Shown here piece after piece: positions 43,431-55,735 of a stretch of 64,000 nt of DNA. The notes beneath the pieces were generated by a model. It saw nothing but the letters and a program-made list of their open reading frames with translations. It was not told the origin of the DNA and searched no databases. Location of the stretch: assembly GCA_964016885.1 (NCBI GenBank), contig OZ024749.1:46810001-46874000 (forward strand), given 5' to 3'. The stretch comes from Eledone cirrhosa (lineage: Eukaryota). The number at the start of each line of letters is the position of its first letter. Position 1 is the stretch's first letter. A program made the position numbers and the translations under genes.

Positions 43431-43951
43431 CAGAGTTCTAGAGTAACCAATCTTAAAGAGAGAGATGGAGATATTAGAGGAGATATGAGAGGAGAGATTG
43501 GTGAGTTAGTTAGGGTAACAAGATGGCTGCCAAGGGGCATATTTACCTTACTAATTAATGGTTGGTTTCAGGGGAACTAACTTCTCGAGAGAATAGAAAT
43601 TGTGGGTGTTTATAGTTAAGTGCTAATTTTTAATTTTGTTTTAATTGAGAGACAATGTAGTGGAGGGAACTTATAATTATCGAGTTGGTCATAGCAATTT
43701 AACTTATTAGCTACAAGTAAAAATGGAGCTACATGACTAAGTTGGGTAAATAATTCTATTGGCGAAGGAATTAGCCCTTCGATGTTGACAGCTAATGGTT
43801 ACCTCGGTTCTATCGTTAATCGGTAGAGGTCGGGATAGTAATATGCTTCCGTATTAGAGAGATCACAAGATTTTCTTCGTCCATTGAACGGTTGGGCCCT
43901 AGCCACGATATCCCATTTTAGTGGTGTTGAACGTTGTTTAATTTAAGGTTT
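43431..43951 (-). mobile_element. Second, different PLE fragment: frameshifted EN C-terminus (about 43739-43951) plus 3' UTR
   Basis: - strand translates to NLKLNNVQ../KWDIVARAQPFNGRRKSCDLSNTEAYY/INDRTE/ISCQHRR. It is homologous to the peptides at 48980-49236 and 53808-53947. Not in the ORF track because of frameshifts. Confidence 0.75.
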
Positions 43952-43955
43952 TTAA

Positions 43956-44573
43956 TGGAATAGCTTAGATAGGGCTAGACATAAGATAGGGAAAGCCACC
44001 TCATGGTACAACAACCAGAGATACCAGAGTGTCATGTTTGTGGACGCTAACCCTGGAGGGAAATTAGCTAACCCGTGTAGAAAGACCCTGAGAAAGACCC
44101 ACTTAAATATTAAGGTGGGAGAAAAGCCAGGAACTACCATAAAATCCCTGATCAGCAAAACCTACCCTTTTAAGAAAACCCACTGTACTAATAGGAAATG
44201 TATCATATGTAAAGTATGCCCCCGGATAAACTGTAAAACTAGAAACGTAGTCTATAGCATGAGATGTACACAGGGTACTTGCAGAAACATTACAACAACA
44301 TACATAGGCGAGACAGCTCGTAGCATAGGTGAAAGGATAGAACAATACTGGGGGGAACTAAAAGGACGAAAAAGCGGTCCAGTACTATACAAACATGCCA
44401 GACAACAACACGACGGTAACATAGACAACATAGAAATTAGAATAATATCTAAACATAGAAATGACCCAGCAGATAGGCAAATCAGACAGGCCAGTGAAAT
44501 GGAACTTAGAAGGCCAAGGCTAAAAAGAAATAATGAATGGAATAACAACAACACCCAAACAAGCAACACATGA
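43956..44573 (+). CDS. 5'-truncated Penelope-like element ORF: Cys-rich linker plus C-terminal GIY-YIG endonuclease
   Basis: Frame is open from 43956: WY...SVMFVDANPGG.LA, a CxxxxCxxC linker, NVVYSMRC...C...YIGETARSIGERI, KH...H and a terminal N..W. This is typical of PLE GIY-YIG domains. Confidence 0.9.
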   Translation, partial: WNSLDRARHKIGKATSWYNNQRYQSVMFVDANPGGKLANPCRKTLRKTHLNIKVGEKPGTTIKSLISKTYPFKKTHCTNRKCIICKVCPRINCKTRNVVYSMRCTQGTCRNITTTYIGETARSIGERIEQYWGELKGRKSGPVLYKHARQQHDGNIDNIEIRIISKHRNDPADRQIRQASEMELRRPRLKRNNEWNNNNTQTSNT

Positions 44574-44869
44574 CCTAAGATAAGCATAAATAAATAAATA
44601 GATACATAAATAAATAAATAGATACATAAATAAATAAATACATACACACGCACAATAACAACAAACACATATAAACACACACTAGTAAAGATGGAATACA
44701 TTAACCAATACACAGTCACCCAATCACGAACACGCATCAAATAAAACACTATACACACACGCAAACGCATTCGCAAAGAAGACAAAATAAAATAAACAAA
44801 TAAATAAATATATAAACAGACCAAATAAAGATGGCGTAGAAAACACAATGCAACGGGAGGAAACAATAG

Positions 44870-44912
44870 CACCACTGACGAAGTTGCAGATGTGCAACGA
44901 AAGAACTTTGAT
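44870..44912 (+). ncRNA. Degenerate minimal hammerhead in the PLE 3' UTR
   Basis: cacca-CTGACGA-a gttgca gatg tgcaac-GAAAG-aa-CTT-tgata. Helix I is imperfect. Confidence 0.6.
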
Positions 44913-45162
44913 AAACTATATATATATGTTTGTATCTATATTGTATCTGTATTATTTTTGACAGTTGGTCAGTCAATGGCAACATTGAGGACCGAATAAA
45001 TTAGATTACCGTTATAAAAGACACAGAAGCGAAAAGCGAAAACCAACCAAACAGTGAGTGTGTAGTGTTATTAATTCTGGCAATATTACACATATATGAC
45101 CCTCCCCAAGTATAAGAGTATTTGTTTCGACACACGATTTCATATCAAAAACCTGGCAAAAC

Positions 45163-45246
<84 letters not shown>

Positions 45247-45567
45247 CAATTTGAAATATTTGATAACTCTTTTTGCGGCTTAGCTGATGTAATGAAATTA
45301 TAAGATAATTGAATTCAACTAGTCGCAACCTTGTCCATAAGTTATATTTCCTTATGATGTTTAATGTCAATATAGTGTGTGCAACGAATGCATATCATAT
45401 ATCGTGAACAAAGAACAGTTAAATTTTAGCAGGATACGAACTCAAAGCAAAGAAGCAGGGACAAAGGTGTAACTTTTCCGATCCACATTTCTCCCTCTCA
45501 CATTCTCTCTCGACACCACACTCCATGTGTCTCTCTCTCTCTCAATATATATATATATATATATGCA

Positions 45568-45600
<33 letters not shown>

Positions 45601-45604
<4 letters not shown>

Positions 45605-45857
45605 GAAGTAATTCTGTCGGAAAATCCAGGAAAAAAGAGTGCTCTGTGTAGGTAACATAGCTTAATTGTTATGTAATAAACAACATAAGGCAATTATTCC
45701 ATTTACCAGTGGTTTCTTAAAAGCAAAAGATTTGCTTTCAATCCTCAGAATGAAAAAAAGAGACCAGGATTTTTTCATTCTGAGGATTGAAAGCAAAATC
45801 TTTTGCTTTTAAGAAACCACTGGTAAATGGAATAATTGCCTTATGTTGTTTATTACA

Positions 45858-45862
<5 letters not shown>
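45601..45862 (-). mobile_element. Short PLE-type 3' end with fold-back (arms about 45668-45758 and 45770-45861), inside (TA)n
   Basis: Near-perfect inverted repeat with an HHR in each arm and a ~67-bp unique left extension. Confidence 0.8.
45774..45831 (+). ncRNA. Type I hammerhead ribozyme (mirror copy at about 45698-45754, - strand)
   Basis: ttcatt-CTGAGGA-ttgaaagcaaaa tc ttttgcttttaa-GAAAC-cactg-GTA-aatgga. Confidence 0.85.
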
Positions 45863-45923
<61 letters not shown>

Positions 45924-47220
45924 AGTGTGTATGTATACATATTCATAATTTGCCTCTGTGCTTTACTGTTACAAAGCGGTCTTTGACGGCGTTTACCGGA
46001 TACACATGGATTGAACACTATTTTCATTTCATACGGATAATATGTTGTTTACGCTGCATCTCTATGTAATTTGGTTGCACGTTTTCATCTGATGTCTGAA
46101 TTGATGGTTATGTAGGAGTAATTCTTCACAGCATTTAAATTTTGCCGACTTTGAATTAAATTTTGCCGATTTTGAATTAAATCTTGTCTTGTTAACTATT
46201 CAATAAAACAGTTTGGCAATAATAACTTAGAACTATTGCCACATGATACTTTTCAGGTATTAATAATTGTCTTTGAAATGTTGCAATATAAAGTAAATAT
46301 TAAAAATATTAGTTGGCAAGAGACATATTCGAGTAGAATAATTTTACCGCAATACACTTTAATCCCCGTAAAATATATAATACACGCATTCATAATTTAG
46401 TAATTACACAGTAGTTCTCTTGAAACATACATCTGACAGATCTGGGCAACATATGAACTTGTTTTCTGCTTTTATTCCTGCCAAAATCAGCAAATAGACA
46501 CGTATCCGCTATGTTAGAACAACAATCCAAATTCGAAATTTGGTTTTAATTTTCAGCCAAGAAAGCCATAATATCGCTCGCTATGCAAATTAGGGTAATC
46601 AGTCTATGTATACTTTAGAGATTAGTATACCTTCTCAAGAGTTCTAGAGAGTAACAGAAGACGGATAAGTATTCTTGACAAAGGCAATTAAAGGCCCAGA
46701 AACAATATTGCCGTTTGTTTCTCTGTGTCACCCCAAGGATCGCGAGGGTCATCTAGAAAATATACTGAATTAAGTCTGTTTTCTTACAGACGAAACGAAT
46801 ATTATAATTAGGTGATACAAAACTCATGAATACATTCTAAGTATCCGCTATGCTATATCAAAAAGCTAAACTCTAATTTTATTTTTTATCGTATTTTCTT
46901 TACATAAATTCGAAAATATAATCAAATAATTAATAAACGGTAATGTATCGGTTAAATCCAACTCCCTGACATGGTAATGGTACAGTGTGTCACAATGTGT
47001 GTATCGATTGCCATAGTTATTATCATTTTATTGACTTTAATTATTTATTACTAACATACGTTGAAAATTAGCTCGACATTAGATATGTTCCTTGAAGTAA
47101 ATATGTATGCGATATCTGCATATATTATTCAGATTATTGCAAAAGAAATATATATGTACACATACATAGTCGTAAACATACACAAACAGACAGCCACATT
47201 TACAAAGACACACACACATT

Positions 47221-47298
<78 letters not shown>

Positions 47299-47408
47299 CA
47301 TATATATATATATATATATATCTTTCTCACCATATATATAAATATATGTATATATATATATAGATACACACACTCGAACACGCACACATATATATATATA
47401 TTTATTTA

Positions 47409-47462
<54 letters not shown>

Positions 47463-47981
47463 CATGTGTTTGTGTGTGAGTATGTGTGTGCGTGGGTCAA
47501 TTTGTGTGTGTGTATGCGTATATACATACAGACATTTCGAGAATATAATAACGATGTATAGGAGTCAAAATCACAAACAATTCCATTCATCGACCATCTT
47601 AACTCTCTTCTCTAGTTTTCTATTTCGTTCAGAGACTTTGACATTCAGGATATTGCATGCATGAAGCCTTTCAAATATGAACAGATCTTTTTTCGGATGA
47701 ATAGCGTTTATAGAAAACAATGTATAGAATATCCTCCTTTATATGAATATTAACCCAATAGAAATTTTCCAAATTGGGAAGCCTCGGAAAAATATGTAAG
47801 CCATTTATACAGACTATACACTTCTATTTCCCTGTACGATAATGTATCAAAAATATAAAAACATAAATACTTACAACGGTAAAACTACATAATGTTATTG
47901 TTTATTTATCTTTATTCCGTCACTTTCATATATATAGAGAGAGAGATTACATGAAACAAAGCTCTATTTAAATCATTTAGC

Positions 47982-48028
47982 TGCTTACAATTGTTTCTTC
48001 TAAACCGAGGTTTGGGGTCTTCGGAGCA
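47982..48028 (-). ncRNA. Minimal hammerhead-like motif with CCGAAGA core
   Basis: tgct-CCGAAGA-ccccaaacc tc ggtttagaa-GAAAC-AATT-GTA-agca. Confidence 0.6.
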
Positions 48029-48139
48029 ATTATCCATTGATTTTTTAAACATAGTTGACCTCCTTTTCAACACAAGAGACATATAGAAACATATGTATAT
48101 ATTGACCCACAGTCGGTTGACATCCATTATAATAATATA

Positions 48140-48186
<47 letters not shown>

Positions 48187-48979
48187 GTATAGGATTACCC
48201 AAGATGTAGTACTGGTTAATTACTACACTGGATATGGTTGACGTACGGTGAAAGGTTACTCTACGAGTTATGGAATTATTGTTGAAGAAACTTAGTTCCT
48301 GATCCTTCTGTATTCCGGAGTGTATATAAAGAATGAATAATAACAGGCAGACGTCAAAAAAGGTAATTTATTCCGTGTGCTTACAAATGTTTCCACGGTG
48401 GTACTACAGCCTAGTTATGCTATGTGCAAATTTACAAGTATTTACAGAACTCAAATATCCAATGCTGTGACCACTGTATCCTCAGAGCAGAATGGTAAAT
48501 TGTACAATGTAAATACCATTAAGTGGGGTTGTTGGGGATGATATAGTAGAAAAGGAAGAGAGAAAAGTAGGGGAGAGGGAGAGAGAGAGAAAGATATGCA
48601 GGGGTTAGAGAAGTAGGAGAGAGTGGTTTGTAGATGTCTTAATCAGAATGTTATGGTAGGGGTTTTATTATACTGGTTACTTTTGGAGAGATGCGTTGAT
48701 AGTTAAGGTCGGAATTATTTATTGCCCCAGAGGGCAGGTTCATAGATGTGGTGAGGGAGGTAGGCCAAAGGCGAGAGAGAGAGTGTGTAATGGATGTTGA
48801 GAGAGAGGTAGAGAGGGGACAGACTAAGTTTATGTGGTGAGTGAACTTTGGATTTGTAGTAGTAATCTATGAATTGCATTGGGTTACCATTTATAGTGAT
48901 AAGCAGTGTATTGTCTTGTAGTGTGGGGGAAGAGAAGATGGTTAGCAAGAAAGCGATGTTATAGTTACGGGTTCGAATG

Positions 48980-49236
48980 TTAAGTTATTTTATAGTGAGC
49001 GAATTTAGCTTTTAGTTTGTGGTTGCAGTATAATGATCGTTCAATTCTATCGTTAAGTAGTTTGTTTTGGGATATTAATATGTAAAAGAGTTCAAGGTTA
49101 CATAACCTGCAGTACTTCAATCCACTCCGATATGCACTTGCGCTGGAAAGTATATCCCATTTTAAGGTGAACTGTTGGTTGCGTTCACGGAGTTGCCAGG
49201 TCTTGTTGGCGAGCTTGGTTACAAAACACCGTTGTG
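48980..49236 (-). pseudogene. C-terminal fragment of a PLE GIY-YIG endonuclease (KW...CxxC..E...LNxRxE...CxH type, possibly Hydra clade)
   Basis: TKLANKTWQLRE...LKWDILSSASAY...CRLCNLELFYI...LLNDRIERSLYCNH. The N-terminal part of the track ORF (49237-49297) comes from the inverted arm. The clade assignment is from memory and untested. Confidence 0.75.
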
Positions 49237-49707
49237 AACTATAACATCGCTTTCTTGCTAACCACCTTTTCTTCCCCCACACTACAAGACAATACACTGC
49301 TTATCACTATAAATGGTAACCCAGTGCAATTCATAGATTACTACTACAAACCCAAGGTTCACTCACCACATAAACTTAGTCTGTCCCCTCTCTACCTCTC
49401 TCTCTACATCCATTACACTCTCTCTCTCTCGCATTTGGCCTACCTCCCTCTCCACATCTATGAACCTGCCCTCTGGGGCAATACATAATTCCGACCTTAA
49501 CTATCAACGCATCTCTCCAAAAGTAACCAGTATAATAAAACCCCTACCATAACATTTTGATTAAGATATCTACAAACCACTCTCTCCTACTTCTCCAACC
49601 CCTGCATATCGTTCTCTCTCTCTCCCCTACTTTTCCCTCTTCCTTTTCTACTCTATCTTCCCCAACAACCCCACTTAATGGTATTTACATTGTACAATTT
49701 ACCATTC

Positions 49708-49819
49708 TGCTCTGAGGATACAGTGGTCACAGCGTTGGATATTTGAGTTCTGCAAATACTTGTAAATTTGCACATAGCATAACTAGGCTGTAGTACCACC
49801 GTGGAAACATTTGTAAGCA
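49708..49819 (+). ncRNA. Type I hammerhead with a long helix II insertion (mirror copy at 48378-48489, - strand)
   Basis: tgct-CTGAGGA-tacagtggtcacagc...gctgtagtaccaccgtg-GAAAC-attt-GTA-agca. Confidence 0.8.
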
Positions 49820-49865
49820 CACGGAATAAATTACCTTTTTTGATGTCTGCCTGTTATTATTCATT

Positions 49866-50270
<405 letters not shown>

Positions 50271-50497
50271 AGAAACGAGTAGGACCCCGGTGGCTGAGCT
50301 CGAGCCGTTTTGACGGCTAATTCTGGACTAATTTTAGTCTGATTTTAGACTGATTTTAGCCCAGAATTAGCCGTCGAAATGGCTTGAGCTCAGCCGTCGG
50401 TGTCCTACTCATTCCTATTACCCACTCTACTACCCTAAGTATTGAGTACGTTGGTGCGTTATGGTCCATCTCGTTCCTTACCACATTTCCTTCGTTA
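50271..50497 (+). mobile_element. PLE family A short copy with an inverted 5' arm
   Basis: Inverted arm at about 50271-50331, direct part 50354-50497 ending CATTTCCTTCGTTA. Confidence 0.8.
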
Positions 50498-50554
50498 TTA
50501 ATATTAATTCAACATATTAACAAAATATATATTCTTTTGATCTATCTATATATA

Positions 50555-50684
<130 letters not shown>

Positions 50685-50727
50685 TGTGTATGTGTGTGTG
50701 TGTGTGTATGTGTGAATGCGCATGCTT

Positions 50728-51030
50728 TACTGGACTTGCAATTGAGAGGTTGTGAGTTCGATTCTCAGACATGGTGATGCGTTGTGTCCTTGAGCAAGAC
50801 ACCTTATTTGACGTTGCTCCAGTTTACTTATCTGTAGAAATGAGGTGCGACGTCACTGGTGCCAAGCTGTATCGGTCAGTGTCTTTCCATTGGTCAGTAT
50901 TAGTTGCGGGGAGAATGGAGAATAGTATGCATGGGCGACTGCTGGTCTTCCAAAAACAAATTTTACCCAGGCTTGTGCCTGGGAGGGAATATTTCTTCGT
51001 ACAGGACCATGGTCATTTGTGACCGAGTGT
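50728..51030 (+). mobile_element. Second tRNA-derived SINE family (V/CORE-like central domain)
   Basis: B box GAGTTCGATTC followed by TTGTGTCCTTGAGCAAGACAC. Confidence 0.7.
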
Positions 51031-51703
51031 CACAAAAGCAAAGATATATTTATATTAACTACCCACTTTAGCTCTCTCTCTCTCCCACACACATTCTTGG
51101 AAGAAAACGGATCATTTTCTGAAGTTATACATTTTATTTTGCCGTTAAAAAATGTTTTTTAAATTGTTAGTCAGGAAGATTGCCTGCTATCGGCGTCAGT
51201 GATCTAAGGAGCTGGTATATTTATCAAATTTATCCTCAAGAACATTAGGTCATGAACTCTATCTTAATATTTCTTGCATATTCTGCAACGTTGGCATACT
51301 TTTATTGAAACAAAAACATACATAACTAAAACGTATTTACTCTTAGTAATAGAGACAACGATAAATTATTCCAGCCTAACGGGTAGTAGAAGCTTAATAT
51401 CTACAATTTATTATATTAATAACTAACCTTGGTGTAATCGCCTTGCAAATCCAGCACTTACAAAAATATAATCTTAATCGTTGTATGATATTAATAGTAA
51501 TATATTATTGATTTGTGTAATGCTCTTTATATATATATAAATGTAAATATATGTGTGTGTGTGAGAGAGATGGTGGTGTTTCCGTGTGTGTGCAGTGTAC
51601 ATAGTTTGTTTAAGTCGTTCATATAACGTTTTGAAGACATAGCTGAGAGTTTAGAGCGAATAATTCGTGTTCATATGAATTCGGGTTGACTATCAATGGT
51701 CAC

Positions 51704-51847
<144 letters not shown>

Positions 51848-52511
51848 AGAGAGAGAGAGAGAGAGGGAGAGGGAGAGAGAGAGAGGGAGAGAGAGAGAGG
51901 GGGAGAGGGAGAGAGAGAAAGAGAGAGGGGGAGATAGTGAGAGAGAGAGAAAGAAAAAGAGAGATGGATATATCGTCACATTTTGTAAATAACTAAATCA
52001 TAAGGACGTTACTTTTTGGCGAGTATTTGTAAACAAAATGTTGCTCTGCTTTGCATACACGAATTCATAAGGATTCAGTATGAACTACTAAAAAGTGTTT
52101 TAAACTAATGCCTATCTGTCCCCTTTATGTAAGTCTCTAAATTTGTTTCGCATTCAATAACATTTACGGTTTTCAATGTAGATGATTTATATGCAATAAA
52201 TGGGAATTCGTAAAACAATAATTTCATATACAAATAATTGCACGTTTATATATGTAGCATATATGTAGCTTTTTGTAATAATTAATCAAAAGAAAGATGC
52301 ATGAACCATTACTTTTGAAGAATTGCTTATATTTTTATTCTAAATCCTAGTTTTAAATAATCACATATACATATAATCAAATATATATATCTATAGAAAA
52401 AAAAAGCACATGCACACACTTACATGGAATGTATGATTACAATATCCATAATGGTACATAAATATCTACGTAAATATAAACACAAACGACTGCTCACTCA
52501 CAAGCGCGTGT

Positions 52512-52605
<94 letters not shown>

Positions 52606-52711
52606 GCATGTATGCATATATACATATATATGAATACATATATATTTATTATATATATACACACTCAAACACACACACATACACTTTTCCATATATATAT
52701 ATATATGTATT

Positions 52712-52786
<75 letters not shown>

Positions 52787-53492
52787 AAGAGTGTGTGTGT
52801 GTGTGTATATGAAATAGTGTGTGTATACATCTATGTGTATAGAAGAGCGAGAGAAAGCGGGTGATACTGTGTGCAAGAAAGAGATTTTAAGGGTCTGTGT
52901 TTATTTCCAATATACATATTTATTGTGATTTATTTAATTGCTGCTTGTAGCAAAACGTAGAGGAGGAACTCTAAATTAAGGATTATGAAGTAATTTCCCC
53001 AATATTAAACTAAATTCATGTTTAAAAATAATTATTTGGAAGCCGACATTTTCCTCATCGTTTTTATATATTTATCTTTCGCTTAGTTTTTAGTGTTTAT
53101 CGTAATTATTCTAAACATAATCCCATAGAAATGAAATTGGATTTTTCTAGTTTCAGGTACGTTTTTCTGTTTGTTTATAACGAATATCAATAAAGTATTA
53201 TTAAAATTTTCTTCGTGAAATTTAATTTATATCATTTGCTTGGGAATTTAGTTTAACATAAAGTATAAATATTTTAACGTAGAGTGAGAAAACAATATCA
53301 ATTACAGCGGTAAATAATTAACTTGCACATAGCCTTGACAGGTTGAATAGGATACGTTCCGCAGTAACACCGTAGATTAATATAATCGCATATATACTTA
53401 CATACAGGTCCATGCATACATATTGACATGTAATTAAATAACGATATATTCATACTTATGCATACACTTACACTCCAATAGATAAATATATA

Positions 53493-53585
<93 letters not shown>

Positions 53586-53588
53586 TTG

Positions 53589-53740
53589 TATTAAGGATAC
53601 TATTTATGGTTATGTATATATTAAGACTTTTTATAGTTATATACATGTTAAACCCTAAACAGTGAAGGACAGTAATTAATCACTACCTTATTACCTTCTA
53701 TACATATATGTATATATAAAAGTAGAACACTGGAAGGTAA
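53589..53740 (-). mobile_element. Family F 3' tip
   Basis: TATTAAGGATACTATTTAT...GAAGG.CAGTAATT...ACTACCTTATTACC is shared with 54953-55032. Confidence 0.6.
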
Positions 53741-53770
53741 TATCCGTAGCGGAATATCCGTTTGGTAGGA

Positions 53771-54652
53771 ATAATACAAAATAATTCTACATTACATAAT
53801 TTACAAATTTGTAAATTATGTAATGTAGAATTATTTTGTATTATGAAATCCAAAAAGATTTTATTAAATAACAGAATAGAGCGATCGTTATACTGTAACC
53901 ATCGCTTAAAATCTACATTTTCATATTATAAATACTACCAGGATTGAACGCCTGCCTCTATCTCCGTTTGATTGTCAACATAGATATTAACATTCTTTAT
54001 TAGTCTTAATTCTATCAACTCTTCTATTATTTACCTTTTAATATAAACTGCTATAGATAAAATGAGATTTCTGATTTCTTGATTCAATTCCCTAATGCAT
54101 ATACCAGCTGGCTACTATATTGATGTTATTCAGTAGCAATCGAAATCTCCCCCTTCCCCAATTGACACTTTATAATTAATTGGTCAAGTAGAGATTAAAA
54201 TTGGCACTCCCAAAATTCTTATTTAGATTTACTCATGGTATTCTCATTAGAAACCCATTATATACTTGTTTAGCAGTAAATTAATTTACCATCTGTCATA
54301 TACTAACCCCTCTTTTTCTTCCTCTATTACTAATATAAATACTTCAATTTTTCTGATTTTATCCAAGTTATCCAAAATCTCTGAAGAAGTGACAACTGAT
54401 TATACATTTGCTATCGAATACTTGCTAACATTATATGATTACGCAAGCAGTGATACATAGGTATTCCGTCTGTTACAGAAACATATGTCAATACCTAATA
54501 AATCCTTTTTAAAAAAAGCACTTTCATTTTATATTCATCCTTTCTACATTTTCTCCGGAATATAATTCATACTCGTTGAGCTAACCTGCACGTACGCTGT
54601 TCATCTCTAACGTAACGATATATTATCACTACATTATTGATAACCTGAAATG
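53771..54652 (+). mobile_element. PLE 3' fragment related to 48182-49874, starting with a perfect 74-bp fold-back
   Basis: ICKLCNVELFCI...LLNNRIERSLYCNHRLK at 53808-53947. Palindrome at 53771-53844. HHR-like CTGAAGA(54381)...GAAAC-ATAT-GTC(54478-89) with a poor helix I. The 3' tail resembles the reverse complement of 48182-48320. Confidence 0.8.
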
Positions 54653-54701
<49 letters not shown>

Positions 54702-54951
54702 CGTATATACATATAATTAAATAATTGTATATACATAAATAAATACGTATATAACGCGCGCACACACATACCAAAAACAACGTCAACCAAAACACAAATA
54801 CACATATACACACACCCTACATTCGTACGAACGTGCATACTCACACAGACGCAAAACTCGTGTATACACATAACCAAATGCATATGTACCTGAATATATA
54901 ATATATACGCCATAACATATGCAATCAAATATACGTAAACATATATATATA

Positions 54952-55566
54952 ATATTAAGGATACTATTTATAGTTATGTATATTTTAAACTATAAACAGG
55001 GAAGGTCAGTAATTTATTACTACCTTATTACCAGTAAGATAAATAGCTCAATGTAAGAACATCAGTTGTTCTACAGAGCAGTTATATATAATTCACAAGA
55101 ATCAAAACTATGTTCAAAACATTATTCACTTACAATTGTTTCATCCAAACCTAGGCTTGGACCCTTCGGAGCCTTTTTTAATGCTTTTACATATAATTGA
55201 CCTCCTATCCAAGGCAAGAGACACACTTGCATGCTCTATGTATGACTAACGCATACACCATCTACTAGATCTGATTATCGGACTATTATCTTGCATTATC
55301 TGTGCATGTATCTACCGCATGTATCTTAATTTTAATTTTGATTCTAAATTTGAATTGGTATACAAATATAGTATAGTATAATATATGTCACTTCACTGTA
55401 CATGAATATATATATATATATGCATCTGTATGGCTCTTGCGTTGGATAGGAGGTCAATTATATGTACAAGCATTACAAAATGCTCCGAAGACCGCAAGCC
55501 TATGTTTGAATGAAACAATTCTAAGTGACTAAATGTTTTGAACATAGGTTTGATTCTTGTGAATTC
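54952..55566 (-). mobile_element. PLE-type family F 3' end with a diverged inverted arm; two HHR-like motifs (55128-55172 on -, 55482-55526 on +)
   Basis: Inverted repeats at 55090-55220 and 55434-55565. Motif gct-CCGAAG(G/A)...GAAAC-AATT-(G/C)TA-agt. The tail 54952-55032 matches 53589-53695. Confidence 0.7.
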
Positions 55567-55605
55567 TAAATATATATATATATTTATATAAATATATATA
55601 TATAT

Positions 55606-55735
<130 letters not shown>

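Larger units (their letters stand above)
43953..44930 (+). mobile_element. Penelope-like element 3' fragment (EN, 3' UTR and HHR) ending at TA
   Basis: GIY-YIG ORF, then an A-rich UTR and an HHR-like motif at 44870-44912, then TATATA. Confidence 0.85.

Noticed and set aside
53762-53807. N-terminus of ORF 53762-53947
   Set aside because: It is mostly the inverted copy of 53808-53844. Only the part from ICKLC onward is endonuclease-derived.
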